DNA of 58,176 bases, the filler included, from Dimargaris cristalligena (lineage: Eukaryota): NCBI GenBank assembly GCA_003614675.1. It is 3 parts of 3 records of this genome, joined end to end, with 100 filler letters (N's around TTAATTAATTAA, not from the genome) between each part and the next. Parts side by side here need not be neighbours in the genome. Positions count along the whole stretch, not along the records: positions 19,460 to 38,812 come from ML002730.1; positions 38,913 to 58,176 come from ML002731.1; 1 more part is not named here. One strand, written 5' to 3'. The notes below the pieces were generated by a model. The model was not told the origin of the DNA. It saw only the letters and a program-made list of their open reading frames with translations, and searched no databases. This document shows, in pieces, positions 37,278 to 49,115 of the stretch. Each line of letters opens with the position of its first letter. Position 1 is the stretch's first letter. The translations under genes were made by a program, and so were the position numbers.

Positions 37278-38812
37278 AGACTCGCTCTTTCTCGCATCCT
37301 TCCCTGATCTGTAAAAATGATTGTCCCTAGTGTCCCCTTCTCTTTTATTTACCCTCCGCTCCGCTTTCCTACCATGTACTGCAGGCAGTGTCAATATCTT
37401 ATCCACCTCCCGTTTGCCTTTACTCTTTCCTCTCAACAATTTTTTTTCGGCATTCTTTCTCAACTTCCCCTCCTCCCAATCCTTCCCGCTTCATTCCATT
37501 ACCTTTGGAACTGCTGGCTGGCTGCTTGTGTGGATCAGGCAGGCCCCCCGCCTCTGTTGCACTCCCCTCTCCCCTAATCAGGTGAATAATCATTCTCTTT
37601 CAGATCAGATCCTACTTCAACCCTATCATTTCCCCGACCGCTCCCCACATCATCAGACGTTTCCTCATGTCCAGCCCCCCTATTTCAGTGTTTTTTTATA
37701 TATATTATATATTCTACGAACTCGTATACTTCTAAAAGCGTGCCCCTTGACTCGGCCAGCATCATATCTGGCTTGATCTCCCGTAACTTTAGATCATCGT
37801 TGAATATTGTGGATCAAGTCATCTTAATTCACCGCTAGGCTATCGGGACATGCACTCCAATCATGAGCCGATCCTTAACCAGGCTCTTCCGAATCGACTC
37901 TTCCTTTTTTTGAACTTACCATTTGAACATACTTTCCGCTTCCTCGTTGAAATATTTCCGTGTGTATTTTCGGCTTCTCTTGCCCTCTTTAATCGTATAC
38001 ACTTAATATTATTTTATTCCACTGGGATACACTATTATTCACGGGACCCCCCCCCTGTCGATTGCCCCCAGACGTGTTAATCCCTGGAACATAATGTTGG
38101 GACTTGCCTTCTGAAATATCCCAGTCAGGACAAGTTAGGTAGATCAATTGGGGCAGGCAAACTGGAACTGCCCCCATTTCGTCCAAGGAACAAATATATT
38201 ACACAGACTACCCCAGTTAGATCATCAAAACTGGGCCTATATTAGGCGAATTCTACAGGCAAGAGGGCTCAGTGATGCCCATTTGCTGGAGGCTTGGTTG
38301 TTGAGGAAACCGATTAAAATAGCCAAGAACGTCCATTAAAAACACCAATAGCTTTAGGGATGTATAGCAGTCGACCAATTAAAGAGAACTGAACAACCCC
38401 TGTCCATCTCAAGAATATATAAATAGCGCACTAGGATGCCCTTTTTTCTATGGTTATCAATTGTAGCGGGGTGAAAGAATAATGATTGCCACAGTGGTTT
38501 AACATCTTATTATTAACTCCTATTATATGAAAAGAGTTCAGCCAATCGAGCTGCATATTTATCATGATTTATTTATATAAAGAAGGGGTACAAAACAAGG
38601 CCAAAAAGCATCTACGACAACGGATTAAATAAAACTGAAAATTAAATAAAAGGGAATGGGGCACTATAATAACCAAAATGCATTAGTTTACTAACAAAAA
38701 AAGGACGGGTGGATTTGGCTGTCAAACGCAAACCAAAAACCACTGAGAGGGGGCGCGTAACAAAAGGGGATGGCTAAAAAGCCCGCAAACAACTACATAC
38801 CCCCAAAATAAA

Positions 38813-38912
38813 NNNNNNNNNNNNNNNNNNNNNNNNNNNNNNNNNNNNNNNNNNNNTTAATTAATTAANNNNNNNNNNNNNNNNNNNNNNNNNNNNNNNN
38901 NNNNNNNNNNNN
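38813..38912. other. Artificial contig spacer (44 N + TTAATTAATTAA + 44 N)
   Basis: Identical in structure to the first spacer. Confidence 0.97.
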
Positions 38913-39640
38913 GTCTATCATCACCTTTCCCTTTTATCATCTATCTTTTCAAATAAAGTTCAGTTTTCAAGGATTTGATTTCAGTTCTTTACACCCTTAA
39001 TTCAAACAAGGAATACCCAATACCACCCTACTGGGGGTGGTTAAGGTTAATTTTATCCTGCATTGTTGCAGGGAGAGGCCTAGGTATGGCCATTGTAAGG
39101 GGGGAGGAGGGGGGGCAGGGAGAGAGAGGGGTGAGGGTGGAAAGTCTAGGGATGAAAATTAGAGTGACTAGGGAGGAATTGTGGTAATGTAAATGGTGCC
39201 CAGCTTATGAAACTAATGAGTGGATGTTAAGAAGCTAATGTGTCTGGCTATTTATAGTGATATCTACTGGTGATTTTATTAATCAGATACTACATTGGTA
39301 CCTAACTACCTCTTCAATATGGTCTACAATCAGGTGTCTATTCCAATACCTTAATGGGTCAACAGTACCCTTGTTGGTGGTGTATATTAAGAATTGGCCA
39401 AGGAATGGCTATCATACCTCATTATTCCCTTTGTTGTATTTTGCAAATGGCTTCATGAACATATACAATTGGTGTGTCTGTATTAAAATATACATTGTAA
39501 TATGGCCAGGAATAATGAATAGGTGTCTTATAGCCTATGGCTCCTAATCCTGGGATAGGGTTATGGCCAAGGCTTTGGACTGGAGGCTTCTGAAAAATAA
39601 GATTTTCATAATAACAATGCAGAAAGGCTTCTTTATTTAC
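38913..39640. repeat. CpG-free, stop-riddled tract at the contig end; probable decayed repeat/TE remnant
   Basis: No CG dinucleotide seen by eye over ~730 bp. No recognisable ORF or family. Confidence 0.45.
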
Positions 39641-40152
39641 CCGGTCTGTTTTATTTTTTTTCGAGGATGACCAGACCAGCTTTGATGGCTTAACCCTTCA
39701 TTGTGCCACAGCCTTGGTGTCTACCTTGACTGTGGGGTACTTAAAAATCCGATGGTTTGGTGTTTGCCTGTTAATAGTATGAACTTAATGGTGGAAGAGT
39801 ATATCATTATTATGAAGATATTATAGATGGTTTAGAATAATTGGGCCTAAATTACCAGGATAGCTCATTTGGCATCTGTAATCCAGAAGGGCATTACAGG
39901 CCGTGTTATCATAGCATGGTTTCATACCCATTATCATAGAAAAGAAATTCAGCCCATTTCCATCCAGTTTTAAGTGACATGTGTATGGTTAAATCAATAG
40001 GATATGCACATATTACGTTATACGTTCTGCAGCAGTAGTACAGCCACCATGCAAGGAATCCAGACCCCCTGGGTATGTGGGTTGTTGTGCTTTTTTTTTG
40101 TCTGCCTAATAGTGATTATTGCATTCAGAAGGGGAATGATGATGGCTGTATT

Positions 40153-40296
40153 ATATGGGTGAAATTCGGCTCAGCTGTATAAGGTTTTAACTAATGTGTA
40201 TATGGGAAAATTGGCGGGATGTTAATTATCAACCAGTAGTATTTGCCTCATCAGATGGATTTTTCGTTATACAGCCTTGTTGAACTACTCCCATAT
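40153..40296. mobile_element. 144-bp MITE-like element, copy 2
   Basis: Left end ATATGGGTGAAATTCGGCTCAGCTGTATAA; right end (minus) ATATGGGAGTAGTTCAACAAGGCTGTATAA. Shares ATGGATTTTTCGTTATACAGCCT exactly with copy 1. Confidence 0.6.
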
Positions 40297-42377
40297 GTAC
40301 ATGTAGGTGCTGGTTTATCCCATTTCGAATGGCCGTGTTTATTAGAAGAGCAGTTGGGCAGAGTCCTAACATTTGTAAAGATTCAAGGTGGGCATTGTTT
40401 CAGAAGGCATGGGAACAAGATAGGTCCTTGGGATTATCCATAACAGAAAGGAATGCCAAATGGGATAACGTCTGGGATTTTTTTTTGAATGGAGATGTAG
40501 TCGTCAGCCTAAGCCTGGGAGATGTGACTGCTGCCCGGTGGAATTAAATTCATCGTATTTGATTTATTGGATTTTTAAGTACATCTGGTATGGTGTGGTG
40601 GTAATTTTTGGCCAAATTGGGAAACCCCAGTCCCTTCCCCATCAGCTTATCTAGAACTTACTTTTAATCCTGGGCGGTTGAGTAAACGAAGCATAGAGGG
40701 CAGCCGTCACCAAGTGTGAAGATCTCCAGTAAAATCTCATCCACTTGAGGTGGACTGTGTTAGTCAGGAGTAGAGAGGTAAAGCGTCTTCAACCCACCCA
40801 TTAAACGGCGCCCATTTTGCGATGCTTTGTTTAACTGTAAACTGGTGTAAGTGAAAAGTGGGGTTCGAAGTAGCATTCGGTATTACAGTCAATGCCCGTC
40901 AAAACAATACGTGCAATAAATGGGTCAAGTTTTTTTTATAGAAGAAAGGCCAGCCTTAAAGACACCGGCACAAGCCGGCCCACGGAGAAGTCCGGAGGTA
41001 CCTGGTTTATTTTATCACTGGGGCTTTAAATTCCACGAATATCCATATATTGCAGAGAGCGGAGCAGGCCACCTTGGGCATATTATAAACATACGCGCGG
41101 CACTATTGCGTCAGTGGCGATACTGGTTGTTTCCTCCGAGATTTAAAGAGGTGAAATATCCGTACGTTGTAACGTCCACTGGCATAATCCAGCCGAAATT
41201 AAAGAACGGATCTATTGAACCTGGCATTAATACAAACCGGATGTAGCGGCCCCACTTCCAGTGGATTAGGGGGGTGGTTGACAACTTTATTCCGCTGGGG
41301 GTCGGGTCATTTATTGCTAATTGTCGGATAAATGTGAGGGGCAGAACTTTATGTCCAATTCCCCAGGTATTGCCTAGTGGTAAAAGTACATGCTATACCC
41401 TCGGTTAGAGAGGGGATCCCAAATGACTACATTGGGCCATTCAGTAGAGATGGGGTGACCACGAGACTCTCTATCTACTTTATTTTCCCCAAAGGGTCGA
41501 TCCAGCTCGATGGTAGGGAAGAGTCACAGTTAAATATATATATATCGTCCGCCTTGCTCGACTCCCCTGAGGCTAGCTCGTTCTTATCTTATAGATGGTA
41601 TTGTATACGTGCCTTTTATTACCCCTCCGAACTTCAAGGTAAGTCAGTTATCTACTTTGAATTCAGTACAGTTCGTCTTAATATTGGTTACTGGTGACCA
41701 CTCCTTTCTGCCCCCCGGGCGTGGTCGTGGGGGATTACGGAGTGAGACTTCACCGGCTGTTTTGCTGCTAAATCAAACCTACTTCATCTGAAATGGTATC
41801 CTGCGGACAAACTGCACTCCTTCGGCCAGGAACCCGGAGGAGCTTCGTGGTGAGTCATGCTGGGAGGGACTGTCCTTGGGGTTGTGGCCAGTGTATACCT
41901 CTGCGTAAGACTATTGGGCAGCTACTGTGGTTGGTGGCCTCTTTTTCATTTCAGCCTCTAGCATTCTTTTCGCCTGACCAGCAGCGGCCGCTTATTACCA
42001 AGCTCACCGTCGACGAGAGAATAGCTAACAGGTTTATCCGAGGAATATATTATCTAGCCTAATATACAAGCGAGAGAGTGTTCACAGATAGAGCTCTCTA
42101 CACCCCCCGCTCAACGGCCCTTTTCCTATTTTCTTCTACTTTTACTTTTATCAACTTACTTGGGTCCTTAACTATAACCACTTCCACCTTTCTGCTAATT
42201 ACCCCTGCCGTTATTCTCTATCGTCTATATCTCCTCCATTGGTAAAGCCCTGCTTGCTATCCTAACCCACCTACCTGTATTTTGGCACTAGGTTTAACCA
42301 ACTCCAGCTCCCCAGAAACAGTCACACCTCCTATATCCCCCCCTCCACGTTCCCACTCGTGTGTATCGCCCTGAACA

Positions 42378-43808
42378 ATGACCGTGACTTCCCCCACCAA
42401 GGCCCAGACTTCGGCCTCAGCTGCCTGGTCCACCATTCCCACTTCCTCTATTGCCCGTAACACCCTCAATCCCATCCGAGTCGTGGTCGAGAAAATGCAA
42501 GCTAGCCGTGCTGCCCACACCAAAGGCGGCTCCTCCTCTTTAGATGGTCCGACCCAAACTCCCATCAGTCTGTCCATTGGCGACCCTACCGTCTTTGGCA
42601 ATTTCAATACCCATCCCGAAGTCACCAAGGCCGTCCGCAAGCAACTGGACAGTTACCGGGCCAATGGCTACGGTCCGTCCTACGGCCTACCCGTGGCCCG
42701 CGAAGCCCTGGCCCTCAAATATTCGACCCCGGAAGCCCCGCTCTCGGCCAACGATGTGATTCTAACTAGCTCCTGCTCCAGCGCACTCGAAATGACCGTG
42801 AGCTGCCTGGCCGACGTTGGTCAAAACATTCTAATCCCCCGCCCTGGTTTCTCCATGTACAAGACCCTGGCCCTGTCGAAACAACTAGAGGCCCGTGAGT
42901 ACCGCCTGTTGCCGGAGCGCCAGTGGGAAATTGATTTAGATCACTTCGCCTCGCTGATTGACGACCGTACCGCTGCCGTGATCTTGAACAACCCGTCCAA
43001 TCCCTGTGGATCCGTGTTTTCGCGCTCCCATTTGGAGGCTATTTTGGCCATCTGTGAACACAAACGCGTACCCATCATTTCAGATGAAATCTACGCCGAT
43101 ATGGTCTTCGATTGCCCCAGTACCGAAGGGGTTGAGAGCGAAGATACCCACAGCCCTAGAACAACAGGAACTACTACCACTGCCAACAATACTACGGTCA
43201 ACAACACAAGAACAGCTGCTACTACTACCACCACCACCGACACCAGCAACCAGTTCCATGCCCTGGCCCAGCTGACCCACACGGTGCCGATTTTGACGGT
43301 GGGTGGACTGGCCAAACAGTGGCTCGTCCCCGGCTGGCGGGTCGGTTGGATTCTTATCCACGACCGCCAGCAGCTATTCAGCCAAGTCCGCCGCGGTCTT
43401 GAAGCGCTGTCCACCCTCATTCTCGGCCCCAACACCGTCATCCAGGCCGCGATTCCGGATATCATGACCAAAGTCCCCCCCAGTTTCCTAGCGGATACCA
43501 TCCGCCGCCTGTCCATCCACGCCCGCGCTTGCGAGCGCCGACTCAGCCAAATCCCCGGTCTGCAGGTTGTGGTTCCCCAGGGCGCCATGTACATGATGAT
43601 TGGGTTGGATATCCCGAATTTCACCGGCATTCAAGACGATGTGGACTTCGCGTCCCGACTCAACTTGGAGGAATCGGTCGAGGTGCTCCCCGGCCAGTGT
43701 TTTAACTACCCCAACTTCTTCCGGATTGTGCTGACCCCGCCGGTCGACAAGCTCGAAGAAGCGTGTAATCGAATTGCCCGGTTCTGTAACCGGTACTACA
43801 TGCAATAA
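42378..43808 (+). CDS. TAT: Tyrosine aminotransferase (class I PLP, TAT family)
   Basis: ISLSIGDPTVFGN, NGYGPSYG, NILIPRPGF, NNPSNPCGSVFS, IISDEIY, PLP-Lys motif GGLAKQWLVPGWRVGW, PQGAMYMM, LPGQCF..PNFFRIV. Confidence 0.94.
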   Translation: MTVTSPTKAQTSASAAWSTIPTSSIARNTLNPIRVVVEKMQASRAAHTKGGSSSLDGPTQTPISLSIGDPTVFGNFNTHPEVTKAVRKQLDSYRANGYGPSYGLPVAREALALKYSTPEAPLSANDVILTSSCSSALEMTVSCLADVGQNILIPRPGFSMYKTLALSKQLEAREYRLLPERQWEIDLDHFASLIDDRTAAVILNNPSNPCGSVFSRSHLEAILAICEHKRVPIISDEIYADMVFDCPSTEGVESEDTHSPRTTGTTTTANNTTVNNTRTAATTTTTTDTSNQFHALAQLTHTVPILTVGGLAKQWLVPGWRVGWILIHDRQQLFSQVRRGLEALSTLILGPNTVIQAAIPDIMTKVPPSFLADTIRRLSIHARACERRLSQIPGLQVVVPQGAMYMMIGLDIPNFTGIQDDVDFASRLNLEESVEVLPGQCFNYPNFFRIVLTPPVDKLEEACNRIARFCNRYYMQ

Positions 43809-44295
43809 CTTTCTGGTTGCTTGGGCTTTATTTATGTATGGCATGGTTCCAACCTTTCAACTTTGCCTTTACCTTTACCTTTATACGCCTATTCTTCCCC
43901 CACGATGTCGGTTCCCTTTACGCTCTATTCATTTGCATGTGCGAATAAGCCCCCAGGATAATTCTTAAACATAGTTGCTAACGCTGATATTGCCGGAGCT
44001 ATACTTATATATAATCTAATCAATTCATATATCCCCTTGTTACATACATACTCCATTTACTATCGATACTGCTGTGAGTTCAATTAGAAGTTAAATGATG
44101 CGGAAATGAATAATCCATCCCTAGAATCTAGTTCCACCGTGGGGGGGGGGGTGTTCTCCTTGGCTCTTTTAGATATTAGTCGATCGTCCCAGCTGAAATA
44201 GTTGGTAACGAGTTTTTCAAAAATATTCATTCACTTCTCTGTTTCTTCCACATTTCACATACTGCGGGGTTCTTTTTTCACTTTATGTAATAGGC

Positions 44296-46344
44296 ATGCC
44301 TCAATCCAGGTAAGCGCCATTCCAAATCGCGGTTCCCTTGGGCTTGTTGAGGATTACCTTCCCCAGCCAACACTTGACCCATGGTCCTTTGGCATCCCTG
44401 TAGGGCTCGGCATACTAGGTTTATAAGGAGCTCTACCGTGTCCTCTATTTATATATATATATTCCGTCACGCTAATGACCCATTGTCACTCCTCTCCCTT
44501 TTTATGCCCATCGAACCCAGCCCGACTCAGCAATGGACCACTCTGCTATGCGGCTATTTAAAGTCGCCTCTCGTCATAGTTCCCAGTGAGACTTTAGGCC
44601 AATCCGGCTCATCGCCCAACCCTCGTAAGTCCCAATAGAAGTCCAAGCCTCTTTTACCCGCCCTCTCGCTGTTGTAAGCGGACTTCCCCCACAGCAGTTC
44701 AATGTAAATCCCCTGTAAGAGGTATTTCTCATGCTTACTTCATGTTATATGCCGAAGCCTGCTTTAGGCTACACGTACTTCATGATGGAAATTTAATATA
44801 ACTGTATATGATCTCTATTGCTGATCGTATCGAATGATCGTTGACGCGTAACCCTGTTGGTGCATTTGGGCAAATGTATTGGCCTCGGTACTAGCCTCAC
44901 CCTTGCCTCAGGTCGTGTCTTGTCTTGGGTTTATAGCTCGCACAAAAGTACCAGTGCTGTGCGCGAAATATAACTACCGACTTCATGTCCCTGATGCTCT
45001 ATCTTCCAAGGTAAGGCATCGCTCCAGAAATCCCTGAATAACGGCATCATCCTATTATGTCAAGTATCGAGGCTGAGTTGATAACACTTGGGCACCTATT
45101 GGAGTGGGTTGCTTAACCAGTATCGCCCCACCCCCACGGCCAGGTGGGAACCGGTCAATTATACCATGTATTAATAGGGTGATCACTGTCTTGTACCTTT
45201 CATAACCGCTTAATTTAATCCAGAGCACTTTATTTTCGACGATCCGTGATAGCATGTATGAATCAGACCTAGTTGGTATTGTTTCTTTACAGACGAACTG
45301 GTATGGGGTATTAGCCCTAGCTCCCGAAACAGCTACCGGTAAGTTCACATAGTCAAAGGCCGCGCGGTCGCTTTATTGGATTTATATTAGCCAGAATTCC
45401 GGCGTTCCATCCTTTGCCCAACTCAATTCAACGATGCGTTTCATCTAATTCCCCTCAATACACCTACACCCAAATATACATGCACATTTACACTCGTTGA
45501 TATACCGCCATGCTCTTGTATTGGTGGTCTTCAAATACCAATTCCATATAGAACTGCGGCTAATGGCCTTCCCCTTCGATACCACCATCGGGGACGCTCT
45601 ACCCTACCTTGAAGTCTATGACCCCAATATTACGCTGGCCACACCATTATCACCTGCACATACTCGCCCGACCGACTACCTTCTTGACCCCGACTCGGCT
45701 GTAAGTAACATTAATAGTGAATAGCGGGTGCTCCTACCTGTAGCACCAATATATATATATATTGTAAATAGAGTACCGGAGACCGCAGCATAGGAGGTTC
45801 CCACACCTCTCTCGTTTCTAATTCAGACACAATTTCCTTGATACTGCGTTATCATTGCCATGTCAATTTTACTTTGACTTGGTTGGTGTTCTACAGATCC
45901 CCACCGTAAATCGTTTAACTGAATTGCTTCCAGTTAGCCTGGGTGAACTGGAATCGGTCCTAACCGATTTACAGGAGGCCGTGGTAGCCCATCGGTATGG
46001 TCAGCTTGTAAAATACGTCAACACTCAATTAAAAACTAAGATACGGTAAGTGGGGTTCCAAAGGTTATACTAATTTAATTATGATGGGGTATTTTACAAC
46101 GGCTAACATTAGCCCGAATCGCTAATAATACATAAATGTGTGCTAGTTTCTCCCTATATTACCCATGCCACTCGCCTCTAGCTCACTCTCTTCTCTACCC
46201 GAGCAATGCCATTCCATTGAAGCGCTTCGCCAACGATTTCTCAGCCAATGTGGGGAAATGGCCAAAGGGATCGAAGATGAAGAACAGCCGCAGCCCATTC
46301 AGACGAGATCATCCCGAGTGTCGCTCAGCAGCCTGCTCAATTAG
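44296..46344 (+). CDS. Putative divergent Integrator subunit 14 (INTS14/VWA9)-like protein, 269 aa; 7 exons (44296-44309, 44521-44624, 44895-45010, 45224-45338, 45552-45700, 45897-46045, 46182-46344)
   Basis: All six donors are GTAAG, all acceptors YAG, and phases close to 810 nt. Colinear motifs LLCGYLKSPLVIVP, CLGFIA..PVL, DSMYESDLVGIVSLQTNWYGVL, LRLMAF..LPYL, LTDLQEAVVAHRYGQLVKYV resemble INTS14 as I recall it. Confidence 0.65.
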
Positions 46345-46709
46345 TTGGGGTTAGTATGTTATACCCCCAACTCTTTATGTGAAATCAGACTCTCCATGGC
46401 CATCCAAGCCAATGCATTGCCATTTACGGGGGACAATATATATATATATATATATTTGCGATTTATTTACAAGACACAAATTTTAAGAAGATTTCTCAAT
46501 AAAATCCATTGGATGAACAATATATAAATAAACTGGGGAACTCCATAATGGGCTAACCAAAGACTCGGGCAATAGCCCAGCTAGAGCTAACGTATACCAG
46601 TGTCCTATTTTAGAGGTTAGTCTTTGGTAGAACTAAAGACATCCATCATATTCAACCGGTAAAACGTCCAAATAATGATAGCTAGCGGTGGCGACTCGCA
46701 TGGATAGAC

Positions 46710-46940
46710 TTAATGACTGTACTTCTTGTCGGCAGCATGGCCGATAAGAGCACCCCCAAGGGCACCAGTCTTGCCTAAAGTGAAACCGCCAGCAGCAGCT
46801 CCCCCGAGGGCGAACTTGTTTCTGGTAAAGATATTGCGGCGGTGAAGGGTGGCCTGGGTCTCAGCGGGGTTCTGGGCAGTAGCGGCCGAGGCAGCGAGAA
46901 CGACGGCGAGAAGGGCAATGGGGGTCAGGAAACGGGCCAT
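46710..46940 (-). CDS. Secreted prepro-peptide (76 aa): signal peptide, LHRR Kex2-type site, cationic glycine-zipper mature peptide
   Basis: ACCATGG start; hydrophobic IALLAVVLAASAATA; dibasic RR; GGAAAGG..GALGGALIG. Minus-strand TATAAA at 47071-47076. Confidence 0.8.
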   Translation of the reverse strand: MARFLTPIALLAVVLAASAATAQNPAETQATLHRRNIFTRNKFALGGAAAGGFTLGKTGALGGALIGHAADKKYSH

Positions 46941-49115
46941 GGTAGATTGCTGGGTGGTAAGGAGAGGGTTGGTGAAAGGAATGGTGGATGATGGTGGTAG
47001 AGATACTCGGAGGGGGATTGTAGTGGAATGTGGATGATGGTTAGAAATATAGAGAGCACGAGCGGATGTATTTATATCAATTGGAATGTTGGGAGTGTGG
47101 CCGACTTGTGGCGGTATTCGATGCGCTGGTTCTCCAAATGGATGAGCGTAAACAACAGGAAAATTGGCCAGTATCTGGGCTCACTGCGCCTACTTTCCCT
47201 TTGGCCTAATAATAGTATGTGATATTGGAATTCTGGATGACGACTTCCCCCTCCCCTGTTCTCTTAGAGATGGCTGACGAAAAGAATGCCAAGACGTGCC
47301 ACCAGGGCCAGCGCAGTAACAGTGGTCGGAGATACAGAAGGCCTATGTGCGGCATACGGAAACTTGGCAGAGAACGTATAAGGGTGGCCGCCCACGCGGT
47401 CCACCAGGTGGGCTTAAGAGAGTTGGCAAGGCCCATGCGGTTCGGTAATAAAAGATGCCAAGGGAAGCGTAGTTCTCTACTATACCGTCGGGTAGTAAAA
47501 AAATATCCGACCCAAATGGGGCTTGGCGAGTTACACAGCAAGAGTACAGATGCGAAGCACAGGAAGGTTTAACTGCCGAATCATCCGACTAGGCTGAACG
47601 AATGCTAAAGATTTTTGGTCCGGGATAATGCTGGTCCAGCTGGTAGGACTTTTTCTTAAAAATGGAAGCAGTGAGTATACTAAAAATAGGGAGTAGATCC
47701 CTTCCCATATCAACATCTTCACCATGAAAGGGAAGTGATTACATTCCATCTCATTAAATTCCTAACCACTGCGGTTTATCTAATACAGCCAATCGAGGTT
47801 ATGGGTTGAAAAACGCACCTATCCCCCCCCCAGGTCAATAGATTTCACTCTCTTGATATTTCAACCGGCCCGTACCAGCAATGACTTAAGGCTGGCCGAT
47901 ATAGTCTCAGCAGTCGTTTAGATGCAGCATTTGAAGCTAAACCGGCGCACTTCTCGTATGGTGCCCAAGGCCTGAATTATTTCGGATATATTCCACTAAC
48001 TAATGAAATCAGTTCTCTGTAAACTATAGATCCCCCAATTAACACAGTCAGCCCACATAGCCCACTTCTTCCCCCATAGCACGCTGTAAACCATCACACT
48101 CCTAGACTGGTATATTTCGAATAATGTTTAATGAAGGTGCCCTGGATCTTGAGTTTGGGCTTGACTCGCGTGGGTTATTTTATACAGATTGTAATTGCTT
48201 GCTATTCTAATTACGGCTACGGACTGGTGGCGATGAATCAGTTAATCGGTCCACGATATTAATATTTCGGATGTCGCGCTTAATAATCAAGTCCTAATTG
48301 ATAGCTCAATTTTAGGTCGGGGCAGGTCGATTCAACAAGTGGCCAGGGATGGAGTCCCCGACCCTGTGTTCTCGGGGCAATATCTCATGACACGGTTTTC
48401 AAGGCATCCGGTGCGATTTACTAGGGTACAGCAGTTTCCATCGGGGATGTTATACTGATACCGCGCAGAACCATTAGCAGCTGCGGTAACATAATGGCAA
48501 GGGACAGACATAAAATAAATGCCACCGGAATAGCGAAGATCTATAGATGCCAGGGACGAGGGGTAGACGAGGATGTCGGATAGTGTGGTATATAGTGCTT
48601 GGTTTGCGTTAGATTCCGCGGACCGCTATAAATAATTTTGAACCGCCTTAAGGTACCAGTTATTGGGGCGGCGCCGTTTTTTTTTTAAAAAAAATAGCCT
48701 ACCTTATTAGTGAGTCCATCGACCTTGGGCGAAAACGCTATCCGCTCACTTAGGTTTTCCATGTCGGTTTCGAGCAAGAGTGCCTCCCTGTCGAGGTGAG
48801 CCACAATCTGCTGCTTGGCTGCACAGATCGATTTTTGATTCTCAAGTTCCAACATTTCTAGGGATGGACCAAAATGGTACCGTGATAAAATCGCATCCCG
48901 TGGGGGTTAATAATTGGGGGACCATGCCTTTTGGGATGGCCGGTTACAGGGATAGAGCCAGCATAGAGAGAGGAGGATATGTATAGTTTCGGTACGTTAC
49001 GGTAAAATGAGCTCGCTAGGTGGAAGTTGGCCGCACCTGGTCGCTCAATGGGCAGCCTCTATTACGGACACTGCTTAATACAGTACGTGGCCACCACAGA
49101 AGCTGAATGACTTAC

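Noticed and set aside
35997-37463. 488-aa antisense ORF over the Nam8/Ngr1-like gene
   Set aside because: Codon-bias shadow of a highly biased gene.
40740-42062. Short ORFs and a GGTTCGAA tRNA-like box (~40862)
   Set aside because: No cloverleaf or A-box; ORFs broken and unrecognisable.
46501-46516. 16-bp match (AAAATCCATTGGATGA) to the reverse strand of MITE-like copy 1
   Set aside because: Flanks do not align and no inverted ends are present.
47206-47749. Overlapping 111/117-aa ORFs upstream of the secreted peptide
   Set aside because: Non-ATG starts, no motifs, no coding-like codon bias.
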